A stretch of DNA of 63,885 nt, the filler included, from Chiloscyllium plagiosum (lineage: Eukaryota), in the NCBI RefSeq assembly GCF_004010195.1. It is 4 parts of one record of this genome, joined end to end, with 100 filler letters (N's around TTAATTAATTAA, not from the genome) between each part and the next. Parts side by side here need not be neighbours in the genome. Positions count along the whole stretch, not along the records: positions 15,991 to 42,350 come from NC_057717.1; positions 42,451 to 61,274 come from NC_057717.1; 2 more parts are not named here. One strand, given 5' to 3'. Position 1 is the first letter of the stretch. Every line of letters starts with the position of its first letter. The notes under the pieces were generated by a model that saw only the letters and a program-made list of their open reading frames with translations, searched no databases and had not been told where the DNA came from. Positions 40,511-53,962 of this stretch are shown here, piece after piece. Made by a program: the position numbers and the translations under genes.

Positions 40511-41519
40511 ACCTCCCTCATATAATTAAGGAAAAGGCAGGAAAGAAGGAGGTTATTGATCCATCGTGTCTGCACCAGCTCCGAAAAGAGCTATCCAGCA
40601 AGCTCAATTCTCCACCCCTATCTCTGTAGCCCTCGAAATTCATCACTCATCTGGTCCAGCAGCTTACCAACCCTCAACTCAATAAGTTTTTTCCAGTACT
40701 TCAACTTTACTAATTCTAAATTTCCTCAAGTTCCTCGCTTTCGCAGTCTCCCTGTTCTCTAATATTTCCAAAAAGATGTTCTGTTGCTTCTTCTGTTTGG
40801 ACAGAACAAATGTGTGCACCTCACCGGACAGAGATGGCCTCTGTCACCTCGTGAATACGTGAGAGGATGGGACTCTGGCATAATGGATATGTTCCCCATT
40901 CCTGCCTGGCAAATTCCGGAATCAAAATGTTTGATGGACATTTTGTGTACAGTCCTCTCCCTGGTGTGAGACTGCACAGCTCTGTGATCTCCTCATTGTT
41001 GAAATAAACTGGCTTCACTCTTTGCACTTGGGAAAGGTATACCATTGGGAAATATTTGTGGAAATCCCAGTAAGGACAGTGCAGTGCCTTGCTCCTCCCT
41101 ATGCAGTCCCTGCAGACTCAGATACACTATAAAATCTATCCCCATACCTTGCACAGAATAGGAACACCAGTCCCTCTAGTCTCCCTGAATGTATGCAGCA
41201 GCTGACAACACAAATCCAAGAAAACCATCCAGAGAACCTCCACCAACTTTCTAATGCCTGGAGCATGTCAATATTTACACATATGGCACACCCACTCAAT
41301 GTTGAAAATGTCTATGTCTCCTCTGTTTCTATTCCTGGCTGATAAACTGTTACGTTTCTGTGCAGTCCCTGAAATATGAACAGTTCTGCTCTCCATGGAA
41401 ATAGTTGACATTGGAATTGCACACCGCTATTGATGGTGGAGATGCTGGGGAGGTGATCGTCTAGCGGTATTTTCTCTAGACTATAAATTCTGAGATTTCC
41501 ACAAATGTTTCCCAATGGT

Positions 41520-41960
41520 TTACCTTTCCCAGGTAATGACCCAAACCCAGACATTAATCCCGCCACAGCAGATGGTGGAATTTGAATTCAATAAAATATT
41601 TGGAATTAACAATCTAATGAAATATTGATGGTTGTCAAAACTAAGAACATCTGGCTCACTTGTGTCTTTCAGGGAAGGAAATTTGCAATCTTCACTGCTC
41701 TGGTCTACATGTGATTCCAGATCGTCAGCAGTGGTAGACTCACAAAAGCTCTTTGTAATGGCCAAGTCTGATATTCAGTTATACACTACAAGGTCTCAAA
41801 GAAGTGAAACCAGACAGACCTCAGCACTGCCAGTGTACAGCACGTCGAAGTGCAGTGGTTCAGAGTTGCGGTTCCCCCCTCACTTTCTCAAGTCAACTCG
41901 GAAAGAGAAATAAATGCTGACCCAGCCAACAACACCCATGACCCATTAATGAAGAAAAGA
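41520..41960 (+). mobile_element. Head+tail SINE-like derivative inserted in G4 exon 3
   Basis: aatcccgccacagcagatggtggaatttgaattc head joined to cactttctcaag..aataaatgctg..cc tail. Confidence 0.75.
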
Positions 41961-42350
41961 AGATGACCACACCCAGGATGGAGAGATAGAGGGGACAGAA
42001 CTCCCCTGAAACAGGGACTTCGATATTTATCTACATGGGCATGATACTCAGGAATATGGGAAAAGGTGAAAAATAAATGTAAATGACTTCCCAATTTATT
42101 TCCATAACAGCTGATCATCCACAGTCCCTTTGTTTATATTTTTTTGAAGTCTCTATTTCTCCATATATTCAACACAATCCACCAACACATATTACACTAT
42201 TTCCCAGTTGCTTTCATGACCGATACATGATGAGTGGACTCAAAACTCTGTTTTTCTCTTGACAGAGTCTGTCAAACCTACTCCGTTTCCCCAGCACTCT
42301 GTTTCCTTTTGGTTCAGAACCCCAGTATCTTTCTTTGTTTGATTTAACCT

Positions 42351-42450
42351 NNNNNNNNNNNNNNNNNNNNNNNNNNNNNNNNNNNNNNNNNNNNTTAATT
42401 AATTAANNNNNNNNNNNNNNNNNNNNNNNNNNNNNNNNNNNNNNNNNNNN
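42351..42450. other. Scaffold gap with linker
   Basis: N block with TTAATTAATTAA. Confidence 0.95.
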
Positions 42451-43366
42451 AATTCAATTCTACTGACTGCCCCCCCAGTTCATACCGAGACCTATTCACC
42501 CATCAGCCCTGTACTCAGTGACCAACTCTGGTTTCTGATGCGGAAATACTTCCATTTTCATATTCTCATTCTGCTGGAAGTCTTTACTTGGTGTCACGCA
42601 TCCAATTTGTTACATAAACAATATCCATTTAAGGTACTGATATGAATCTTTTCCTTTCAGTAATGTCATGTTTTGTATTTGAAGTGAATGTGTTTCCTTC
42701 TGTTTTTCTCCCTGACAATGATTCAGAGCTCTGCAGTGTCAGTGATGCCAGCCTTATGCAGTTTCAGAGTCAAGGAACTTGTCACCATGCGTTACTGTTC
42801 AGTTCCCAGTGTACGGCGCTCCATGTTGGACAAGATGTTTGGGCATCTTTGATAATATATCTTTGGAAATTGTTCAACAAACAGAAATTGCTGAAGTAAT
42901 TGCTAAAAGTGTTGCAGAATTTTCTGGAGTTAAATTTCCAGGTCCAGTGAACCGTCTACAAAGGCTTTTGTATTTTTATTTCCAGTATCCATAGTTATTT
43001 GTTTAATTGAATATTTGTTCTGTGCCTATTCATTTCTGAAGAAACGCAGCAGGTCTGTCAATATCTGCAGAGAAAGAGAAACAGTGATCGCGGTTCCAGG
43101 CCAGTGTGACAATTCATCAAAACTGAATACAATTGCAAAATGGTCTTTTAATCCCTTGCCAGAGTTGAGGATGTGGCAGGGAAAGAGGGTGTGGCAAAAG
43201 GAAAACGGGCTTTTAGCAGTCGTGAACGAGAAGATTATGTATAACGAGTCGAATTTAAGGTGTGAATGGGGAAAGGGGTTCTCTCGATTGAATGCAAGAT
43301 AAAGAAGACACAACCAAACAAAGTCATACGGAGGCCAGGAGGGAGAATGTTGACCATGTGGTATAA

Positions 43367-43965
43367 GACCATAAGACCATAAGACATAGGAGTGGAAGTA
43401 AGGTCATTCGCTCCATCGAGTCCACTCCGCCATTTAATCATGGCTGATGAGCATTTCAACTCCACTTACCCGCATTCTCCCCGTAGCCCTTAATTCCTTG
43501 TGACATCAAGCATTTATCAATCCCTGCCTTGAAGGCATTTAGCGTCCCGGCCTCCACTGCACTCTGTGGCAATGAATTCCACAGGCCCACCACTCTCTGG
43601 CTAAAAATATTTCTCTGCATTTCTGTTCTGAATTGACCCCCTCTAATTCTAAGGCTGTGCCCAAGGGTCCTAGTCTCCTCGCCTAATGGAAACAATTTCC
43701 TAGCGTCCAACTTTTCCAAGCCATGTAAAATCTTGTCAGTTTCTACTAGATCTCCCCTTAACATTCTAAATTCCAATGAATGCAATCCCAGGATCCTCAG
43801 CCGTTCCCCGTATGTTAGACCTACCATTCCAGGGATCATCCGTGTGAATCTCCGCTGGACACGCTCCAGTGCCAGTATGTCCTTCCTGAGGTGTGGGGCT
43901 CAAAACTGGACACAGTACTCCAAATTGGACCTAACCAGAGCTTTGTAAAGTCTCAGTAGCACAAG
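43367..43965 (-). mobile_element. Young CR1 3' fragment inserted after the duplication
   Basis: Open ORF (MIPGMVGLTYGERL..RGDLVET), (accataag)3 tail; empty site in arm A at ~22125. Confidence 0.92.
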
Positions 43966-46309
43966 ATTTATTATATAAATCTGGCCACAGATACATTTTC
44001 ACTGTCGTGATCATCACTCCCTTTAGACAAAGGAATTCAGGTGCTTGACTTCTTATTGGCACTAGTAAGCGTTCCATGCTGCCTTAGTATTGTAACATAG
44101 AGAAAAACAAATCACAGCATGACGTTTGGGCTGAGTGTTGGTTACCTGGCATTTTTAATATTGTTTCAATTTTGCAGTGCTTATCTTTAAACGCTTGTTC
44201 TTGAAGTTAGTATCAGATGGAGTGTAGAATGTTGAGGGGTGACATTATAGAAACTTATAAAATCATGAGAGGTACGGATAGGGTGAATAGCCAAGATCTT
44301 TTCCACAGGATAGGGGAATCCAAACATAGAGGAAATAGGTTTAAGGTGAAAGAGGGTAGATTTAAAAGTGATGAAGGGTCAGCGTTCTTACACTGAGGGT
44401 GGTGTGGGTATGGAATGAGCTTCCAGAGGAAGAGTGGGAGATGCAAGGAGAGCTACAACATTTAAAACTCATTTGTACAAACATATGAATGGGAAACATA
44501 TAGAGGCTTATGGGCCATATGAAATCAAATGGGACGAGCTTAATTTGGAAATCTTGGCCAGCATGGACATTTAGAAAAGTTTCACGAAGAGTCAGAGTGG
44601 GTTTGTGAAAGGGAAATTATACTGTGACCTGTAAAATCATGCAAAGTATTTCTGGAGATGCTTGAAAATGTAACAAGTGGACTTGATAAAGGCGATCTGG
44701 TAGACACGAGGCTTTCCAGAGATTTTCCACAAGGTATTATAAATTAAAAGTTCTTACACAAAACAGAAGCTCCAGGATGTCGGATACTGTATTAAAATGG
44801 GATGATGATTGGTCAACACAGAAATCGGAGAGTCAGGATTAATGGATCTTTATGGTAAAAGTGTATCTGCTGGAGTGCCACAAATAGCAGTCTGATGGCA
44901 TCAGTTATTTGCAATCTATGCTGACAGCCTGAAGGAGGTAGCTGAGTGCAATATACATCCGAGTTTGAGGATAACACTGAGGATCAAAAGGCAGGCTGTT
45001 ATTTAATGGAGAGGACTTCCAGAAAAGGAACAGTACAAAGGCTTTGGAGTCTTCCTGTGTATGAAACATAAAGTCAGCATGCTGATGGAGCAAGTACCTC
45101 GGTTGGTACGTTAGGCAGTTTCCTGGGATGAAAAGGTTGTGTTATTGAGAATCTCTAAGATGGTGAGGCGATAATTCATTGGGGTTAAATGAATGAGGAC
45201 TGATAATGCTTAAAAATACAACACACAGCAGGGGTTGGAGAAGGTAGATGTTGAGAAGTTGTTTCCATTCTTGAGCAAAGTGTCGAACTCGAGGATATAG
45301 ATACCGAATAAGGAACATCGATTTCAATCTGAGATGCAGAGACATGGCTTCTCTCCGAAGGTAGTGAATTTCTGGCATTCCCTCACCTAGAGAGGTGTGA
45401 AGGGATACAATGAGTCGGGAAGAAAGTGGAGTTGAGCACCGGAGTAGATCAGCCATGTTCTTATGAAATGACAGGGTTAGCTTGAGGTGCCCATTGACCT
45501 ACTCCTGTTCCTACTTATTAATTTCACATGTTATGCATTTGGAAAGTAACAGGTTATTTTGATGGAAATCGTGTTGTACAATGTTGCATTCACAGAGAGC
45601 AGAGGATTTGTTGTTTTAACCCTGGGTGGTGTATGGGGTCTGTATTCCTAGCGTATCTGGGGCTGCAACATGACCCACATCTGGAGCAGAAGTTACAGAG
45701 AGGGGAAGCCTGGAAACAGGGATTGAGGGGTGGGAGTGGTGGTCACTTCCTGACCCAACCTGGATTTTCCAAGTGCATTTCCAAAACTACACCTAACCAT
45801 CGAAGTGGCCTCGATCTTCACCTGTTTCGCAGATCCGAGGGCTGAATGGAACATCAGAACATATGGCTGAGGGACACAAGTGGGCCATTCGGCCCTTTCA
45901 CACTACTCCACCAGTAAATAAGGTAATGGCACATCTCATTGTGATCCCAGCTGCACTTTTCTTTCCATACACCATTATCCCTGATTCACCTGTCCATGGA
46001 AATCAGACAAAGCCAGCTTCGATGTAATACAAAGATCCAGCCACCCCAAACTTCTGGGAAAGAGAATTCCCACTTGACTGAAATTCCACTTTGTGAATTT
46101 CTCCTAATTCTTGCTCTGACGGATGTTGGAAGGTGTCACTGTTTCCTTTTCTCGTCCCATTCATCCGCTGCTCACACTAAATTTTAAATGTAACCAGGTT
46201 GGTGATATGGCCGATGATAAAGTGCTCAGACTGCGTCAGGTTCAGTGACAGGAACAAGTCAGGCAGATTTCTTTAGTCAGCCACAAGTAACTAATAGAAC
46301 GAACGGATG

Positions 46310-46650
46310 CGCATGGTGGATCTGTGGTTAGCACTGATACATCCCATCACCAAGTAGCTGCGTTCAATTCCAACCTCGGGCAACCCTCTGTGTGGATTTT
46401 GAACATTCTTCCCATGTCTGTGTGGGGTTCCTCCCACAGTCCAAAGATGTGCAGCTTAGAGCGGATTGGCCATACTAAAATGCCCAAAGTGCCAGGGATG
46501 TGTAGGTTAGATAAGTTAGTCATGGGAAATGCAGGATTACATGGAAAGAGTAGGGGAGCTGGTCCGAGGCGGGGGCATACTGTTCCGAGGGTCAATGTGG
46601 ACTTGATGGACGGAATGTCCCTGCTTCCACACTGTAGAGATTCTATAAAA
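46310..46650 (+). mobile_element. HE1 SINE
   Basis: gtggttagcactg head, ttcctcccacagtccaaagatgtgcag V-domain, ttccacactgtag tail. Confidence 0.85.
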
Positions 46651-48148
46651 ACAACAAGAAGTTTGGACAATGCAAAAAGCCAGTGGGTATCTATCTTATC
46701 ACTCTCTTCTAGGTTTTGTATGTTTCAATAAGATCGCCTCTCATTCCAAGAGTAACCTGTTAAAGCCTGCATAATATAAGACCGTCATTCCTGGAATCCA
46801 TGAAGTGAAACATCTCCGAACTGCTTCCAATTTAATTATATCCTTTCTCAGGTAAGGAGACAAAAATAATCTCTCACACAGATGAAGTTATTTTGTGTTT
46901 GCTCAATGGTGAGAGTATTTGGAACTCTCTTTCCTGCAGAGCATTGGAGGCAGATATATTGAATATGTTTGAGGCACAGACAGAAAGTTCATAAAGAATA
47001 ACGGAGTCAAGGATTATCGGGAATGGCAGGAATGTGCAGTGTTTGGGAAATGCTGACAGTGGTAAAAAAAAATCACACTGCTCCAGCACATCCAGGAATA
47101 TAATGCAAAATGAAATGATAATATCGATAAAATGTTAAGGGGAAATCCAAGATGGTGGCGATCTGGAAGGTCTGCTTTGTTGGGCTCTGCATCACAGCAC
47201 GGGCAAAGTGCTTCCCTAACTCACTCCATCTCAGCTATTTATTTAAAATGCTTAGTTTTTGAAAGTTTTGAGAGTTGGCAGTTGTAGTCGCCTTCGTTTG
47301 TGCAGTTTTTAAGCTCTATGAAACTTTGTTTATTAATGATCAGTAATTCGACTTCTTCCTCTCTCGAGTTCAAATGTTGCTACAGTGTGTTCTGGGTAAT
47401 GATGTGCTTAAATGGTCTACCTGGAGCATTCAGGTGAGCCATTGACCAGGAAAGAGGAACAAATTACTTTCTCGTCTTAAAAAGAGAGGGTGGATGTTGT
47501 CCTATTGCAGGAGAGGCACCTTGATGACAAGGAACATTTGAAATTACAGCAAGTCGGGCTTGATCGGGTTTGTTTCTCGTCTTTTAATATTACGAGGAGG
47601 GGAGAAGCCATAATGGATAAAAAGAATCTTCCAGTTAACCTACTAGATTGTATTTGACACTTACGGGAGGCTCATAATACACAAAGCCTTGAACTATAGT
47701 AAAAGATATAGTATTTTGAGTGTTTATTGTACCCCCGCCTTCAACTCCCAGCGTACCCTCTTAAAGTCCTGGCAGTTGCATTTTCCAAATTCAGTTATCT
47801 TGCATCGTGGCACATTATTGTAGAAGTTTTCAAAAGTCTTATGGACCACACAGTGGACAGAATATCCAAAGGTGCCCAAATACCCTCGTTATAATGTAAG
47901 CAATTAGTGGATATGTGTGCAGAACGAGAGCAGGTGGATGTCTGGTGGCAGATCCACATCACAAGTAGGGATTATATTTTCGTCTTTAACCGGCATAACT
48001 GCCACACGAGGGTTGTTATCTTCCCTATTCCTGCAACAATCTTAGATTCAGTGGCATCCTGCACAATTGGGAATATTACCATTTCTGACCATGTAGCAGT
48101 ATACTTATTGATTAAGATTAAGGGCAATACAATACGAATATAGGGATA

Positions 48149-48331
48149 CACTAGCGAATGTATCCCTTTATTCGTAAGACTAGTTGGTGAATTGAGTAGT
48201 TAGATTAGGTTACTTACAGTGTAGAAACAGGCCCAAAAAACACTAGCGAATGTATCCCTTTATTCGTAAGACTAGTTGGTGAATTGAGTAGTTAGATTAG
48301 GTTACTTACAGTGTAGAAACAGGCCCAAAAA
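48149..48331 (+). repeat. ~92-bp near-perfect tandem duplication spanning the L1/HE1 junction
   Basis: cactagcgaatgtatccc...gtagaaacaggcccaaaa x2. Confidence 0.93.
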
Positions 48332-48560
48332 GTCCACACCGACCCACACGCTGACATTTACCCCTTCACCTAACACTGCAGTGCAATTTAGCATGGCCAA
48401 TTTACCTAACCTTCACATTTTTGGACTGTGGGAGGAAACCCACGCAAACACAGGGAGAACGCGTAAACTCCACACAGACAGTCACCTGAGGCAGGAATTG
48501 AACCGAGGTCTCTAGCGCTGTGAGGCAGCAGTGCTAAAAATCATGCCACTGTGCTGACCA
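48290..48560 (-). mobile_element. HE1 SINE nested in the L1
   Basis: Typical head, V-domain and tail. Confidence 0.88.
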
Positions 48561-50457
48561 CTACAATGAATTCAGATCTTTCTTAGCCATTCATTCAGAT
48601 TCAACCAGTAACTCATCCACTCCATGGGAAATTGCTAAGGCTTATGCCAAGGGAATAATGATTCCTTATGATGTAGCAGAAGGGGGAGCAGGAACGCTGG
48701 TTTGAGGCAAAGCTGAGGGCAGGCGAGAATGCATACTGTGATTGTCGCTCAGTGGCGAAGCTGCAGAGGATTACAACGCTTCGGTCTATAGTGAATTCCA
48801 CGCTCACACAGACAGCCAAGAAGGAACTTACTTTTGCAAAACAAAGGCTGTTCGAACATGGTGATAAGCCAGGCAGTTATTTAGTCTATCTTGCCAGGAA
48901 AACGAGCGTCCCCTCAAGCCATTACCTCAATTAGGGAAGGTATTGGGTTCCTTACCTTCAATTCCAAAACGATTAATGTCTCCTGTCCGAGATTTTTCAC
49001 CGAATTATTTCAGACTGAACATTTTGAGGATAGATGGATTAAGATGGAGTCATTTTTTCAAGAACCTGGGTCTTCCAGGAGTATCCCCTGAATAAGTGTT
49101 GTGTCTTAATGCACCATTGTCAGCGCAGGAGGGTGTGAAGCAGCTTCAGAATGTAAAGGAGCACGTTCCTGACGGATTTCCTCGTTAATTTTATAAATAA
49201 TTTATAAATCTATTGTCAGGGCTGATGTTTAACGTGTTCCGTCACTCAGACAGTCAGGAACCCCTCCCTCTATCCTTAAGAGAGGCTCATATCTCTCTGA
49301 TGCTAAAGAAAGGAAGACCCCGGAGGATTGTGCTTCTTACACGCCAATCTCACTTTTAAATGTTGGTCTCAAAATCCTGTCTGAGATCCGTGCATTAAGG
49401 TAGAAACTTTGCTGCCTTCCGTTACCACAGAGGTCCAAACAGGCTTTATAAAGAGCCACAGATCTTCCTACAATGTTAAGAATTTACTCAATATGATCCA
49501 AGAGTGTCAACAACAATCTATCCAAGGATTATTGATCTCTTTAGATGATAGAAGGCATTTGATTGGGTTGAGTGGTCGGATCTCTTCTGTACATTTGAAC
49601 GGTTTGGTATACGCAAAGTTTTTATCAAGTAGGTGAGGGTCCTTTACCGCGATCCTCTGGCTGCGGTTCTCACTAATAGTGTGCCAACCAGTAATATTAA
49701 TATTTCTCCAGGCAGCCGCAAAGGTTGACACCTTTCGCCATTGTTGTTTACTTTGGGGATTGAGCCACTGGCGGAGGCCATCCGTAGGGATGCCAACATA
49801 TCTGCCCCAGAGGTGGGACCGAAGTCTCGAAAAAATACATTGTATGCAGATGAGGGTCTTATGTTTTTGTCAAATCCCGCAATTTCGGTAGTTCATGTGA
49901 TGCGATGCATTAATTCGCTTGTTGCCTTTCCGGGCGATAAGATCAATTTTTCAAAGTTGGAGACCATGCCTACGGGAGGTCTTAGGGAAATACCTGATAC
50001 TGAGGCCAAATCCTAGTTTCCTTTTAAATGGTCACGGGGGTCGTTTCCCTATTTCATTATCTTCATTACATTTGTCTTTGATCATGTATTTAACGTGAAC
50101 TATGTCCATTTGTTTGACAAAATTAAACAAGACCTTCAAAGATGGNNNNNNNNAGTTTTTTTTCACCGTATGTTAGTGCCTGGGCCGCTGAGGTCTCGGC
50201 ATCCATATGGCTAGACATTGAGCCCTCTCAGACAAAGTGAACCTTTATTAGTCTGTTGTTCTTAGATAAAATGACAACATTTATGGAATATTGTCATAAA
50301 ATAATGATTATCAATACTGTTAAAACTTGAAGGACAATGCGTCAGATCGAGGCAATATAGCCAAAACCATGTATCTTACCCCTATAATTGGTGTACGGGG
50401 ATAATTGATTCCAGGTTTAAACTGTGGGCAGTGAGGGGGATACCTTGTTTGGGTGAT

Positions 50458-50790
50458 TTAGAATTATTAGTATCCCTACAGTGTGGAAACAGGGCCTTGG
50501 GCCCAGCAAGTCCACTTTGATCCGCTGAAGAGTAACCCACCCACACCCATTCTCCTACCATCTTATATTTACCCTGATTAATGCCCCAACTTACAGATCC
50601 TGGAACACTATGAGCGATTGAGCAATGACCAAGTCATCTAACATGCACATGTTTGTGACTGTGGGAGGAAACTTACACAGTCACAGTTGAGAATATAATA
50701 ACTCCGCACAGCCAGTCACCCAAGGCTGGAACCAAACCTGTGACCCTGGTGCGGTGAGTCAGCAGTGCAAACCACCGAGCCACCACGTGT
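50458..50790 (-). mobile_element. HE1 SINE nested in the L1
   Basis: cagtgtggaaacagg tail and gactgtgggaggaaac V-domain. Confidence 0.82.
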
Positions 50791-51544
50791 TACTTGAAGG
50801 AGAAACAATGATAACGTTTGATCAAATAACTCGTAAGTATGGCCTACCTTGTAGAGACTTCTTTTTTTCCAGATTAGAGATTTGATTAAAAAACACAATT
50901 TTAAAAGACACTGATAGATCGTATACAGAGAAGCAGGTGATTATTGTAAAGAATACACTTTCTGTCAGTACCCTCTACCATTTGTTGGAGTGTCCCCGCA
51001 GACAAGACTGTGCAGCTTCGTGATGTCTGTGCGAGAGAGTTGGGGGTTTAGATCTCTTCAGAGACATGTGAGGATATTTGTGAAAATGCTCGAAGGATTT
51101 TGATCTGCAATAGGACCCATTCCATGCAGTTGCATAATCTTCATATGTTCTATCTGACCCCAGATTTTCTCTCAAAATTCAAAGTTGGATTATCTTCAGC
51201 ATGTCCTAAATGCAGAATGACTACAGACACTCTTAGTCATTGCATGTGGTCCTGCTGCAGGCTTCGTATATATTGGAGCACTGCGTTAGGTGTGGTAGAG
51301 TGGGTCTTGGGGACCGAATTGGAGGTGGACCTGGTTTCTTTTTTCCTGGGCCTGCCCAAAGTATCTTACGCAGATGCACATGGGGAAAAAAATATATCCT
51401 TACTTTCTATGCTAGGAAAAATACTATGTTGTGTTGTGTGTCTGAAAACTCCCCGGGTCTGTTGAGACTTTGTAAGCTCATCATGGAGAATATCCCTTTT
51501 GACCTTCTCACCAGAATGGTGCACCAAAAACAGATATTAATATA

Positions 51545-53255
51545 AGTCATAGAATCATAGAGTCATGGAGATGTACAGCATGGAAACAGTCCCTTCGGTC
51601 CATCCCATCCATGCCAAACAGATATCCCAAACCAATCTAGTCCCACCTGCCAGCACCCAGCCCATAACACTCCAAACCCTTCTTATTCATTTACCCATCC
51701 AAATGCCTCTTAAATGTTGCACTTGTATCAGCCTCTCCGACATCACCTGGCAGTTCATTCCATACACGTACCATTCTGTGTGAGAAGTAGTTGCCCCGTA
51801 GTTCTCTATTATATCTTTCCCCTCTCACCATAAACGTATACCCTCTTGTTTTGACTCCCCGACGCCATGGAAAAGACTTTACCTATTTACCCTAACTATG
51901 CCCCTCATAATTTTGTAAACCTCGATAAGGTCACCCCTCAGCCTCCGACACTTCAGGGAAAACAGCCCCAGTCTGTTCAGCCTCTCTCGATAGTTCAAAT
52001 CCTCCAACGCTGGCAACATCCTTGAAATCTTTTCTGAACCCTTTCAAGTTTCACAACATCTTTCCGATAGGACGGTGACCAGAATTGCACGCAATATTTC
52101 AACACTGGCCTAACCAGTGTCCTGTACAGCCGCAACATGATCTTACAACTCCAGTATTCAGTACTCTGACCAATAAAGGAAACGCCTTCTTCACTATCCT
52201 ATCTACCTGCGACTCCACTTTCAAGGAGCTATGAACCTGCACTCCAAGGTCTCTTTGTTCAGCAACACTCCCTGCGACTTTAACATTAAGTGTATAAGTC
52301 CTGCTGAGATTTGCTTTCCCAAAATGCAGTACCTCGCATTTATCTGAAATAAACTCCATCTGCCACTTCTCAGCCCATTGGCCATTTGGTCAATCTGAGG
52401 TGACCCTCTTCGCTGTCCACTACACCTCCAATTTTGGAATCATCTGCAAACTTACTAGCTGTACCTCTTATGCTCGCATCCAAATCATTTATGTCAATGA
52501 CAAAAAGTAGTGAATCCAGCACCGATCCTTGTGGCGCAGCACTTGTCACAGCCTCCAGTCTGAAAAACAACCCTCCACCACCACCCTCTATCATCTACCT
52601 TTGAGCCAGTTCTGCATCCAAATGCTTGTTCTCCCTGTATTCCATGATATCTAACCATGCCATTCAGTCTCCCATGGGGAACCTCATCACAACCCTTACT
52701 GAAATCCGTATAGATCACATTTACCCCTCTGCCCTCATTAATCCTCTTTGATACTTTCTCAAAAATCTCAATCAAATTTGTGAGACATGATTTCTCACGC
52801 ACAAAGCCATGTTGACTATCCCTGATCAGTCCTTGCCTTTCCAAATACATGCACATCCTGTCCCTCAGGATTCCCTCCAACAACTTGCCCACGACCAAAG
52901 TCAGGGTGACTGCTCTATTGTTCCCTGGCTTGTCCTTAACACCCTTCTTATACAATGGCACAACGTTAGCCAACCTCCAGTCTTCCGGCACCTCGCCTCT
53001 GACAATCCATACTACCAATATCTCAGCAAGAGGCCCAGCAATCACTTCTCTAGCTTCCCAGTGTTCTCGGGTACACCTGATCAGGTCCTAGGGAGTTATC
53101 CACCTTTACCCATTTAATGACATCCAGCACTTCCTCCTCTGTAATATCGACATTTTGCAAGGTAACACCATCTACTTCCCTACATTTTATATCTTCCATA
53201 TCCTTTTCCACAGTAAATACTGATGCACAATACTCCTTTAGTATCTCCCCCATAC
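51545..53255 (-). mobile_element. CR1 LINE 3' ~1.7 kb nested in the L1
   Basis: VPEDWRLANVVPLYKKG, SQHGFV, PQGSVL, FADDSK; (tcatagag) tail. Confidence 0.95.
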
Positions 53256-53769
53256 TTCCTGTGCCAGGAAAAAAAAATTCTGCTGTTTTGGATGTCTGAA
53301 AACCCCCCGGGTCTGTTGGGTGGTTGTTAGCTCGTCATGGAGATACCCCTTTGGACATTCTCACCAGTATGGTGCACCAAAAAGCAGAGATTTACATAAG
53401 ATATGGCAACCCTTTTTGGATTACCGTGATCCAGGCTTATCTGCCACTCTAAAAAGGACTTTTATATATCCATGACGATATTGTCTAATGAATCACATAT
53501 TAAGAATTATGAACGTATGAATGTGTATCAGTTCATCCTCTCGAAGAACGAGAGCTATCACTTTGTTATGCTGAGCTGTATTATTTATTTATTATTCATT
53601 GTTTGTTTTTGTTTTCCTTCTGTCCGTTTAGAGACTATAAGTTATTTTATACATACATGCACATGGGTATAATTTTGTTCAGTTATTTGAGTTGTTTTGT
53701 TATTGGTTAAATATAATAAAAACATATATTTTTCAATTAAAAAATTGTTAAAAAATTAAAATGCCAACA

Positions 53770-53962
53770 TTGATAGATTAGAGTCCCAAAGAACTCTCAT
53801 TAGAGAGACCACTCATGGTGGTTTACGTTGAAGGTCACCACACGGGTGATGGGGTGAGGTTGAGAGAGCATCCCCTTCATGGTAACCTCTGTCAGTGTGG
53901 GGAATTGAACCTGCGCTGGTGGCCTCCCTCTGCATCACAAACCAACCATCCAGCCAACTGAG
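53770..53962 (-). mobile_element. tRNA-derived SINE (second family)
   Basis: Reverse complement has CTCAGTTGG A-box and GGTTCAATTCC B-box. Confidence 0.65.

Larger units (their letters stand above)
36950..42118 (-). pseudogene. G4: class C GPCR (T1R-like) relic, paralog of G2; exons 1-2 not present before the gap
   Basis: ex3 41960-42118 (ISCY, FPIFLSIMP) and 40850-41500 (LHRNVT, GSLDGFLGFVL, HFDSGICQ), DNA-homologous to 16250-17060. ex6 5' ~39100-39790 (CGQTFSP, LWDD, KNIGGMRNC, IVHKS). ex6 3' ~36950-37250 (FHDKAK ~ YNEAK). Confidence 0.65.
47139..53760 (+). mobile_element. L1/Tx1-clade LINE, decayed, with nested HE1 SINEs and a CR1
   Basis: 5' CAAGATGG.GGCG; APE motifs (VDVVLLQERHL, ISDH); QRLFEHGDKPG; ASYTPISLLN; PLLFTLGIEPLAEAIR; LYADE; CPKC..TLSHCMWSC zinc knuckle; A-rich 3' end. 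Confidence 0.9.

Noticed and set aside
16270..42118. Assignment of the array to V2R/OlfC
   Set aside because: Not excluded for G1, G2 and G4, but KNIGG..C, IPGL..I.G, LVVW.P and DGKYL favour T1R. Left at family level.
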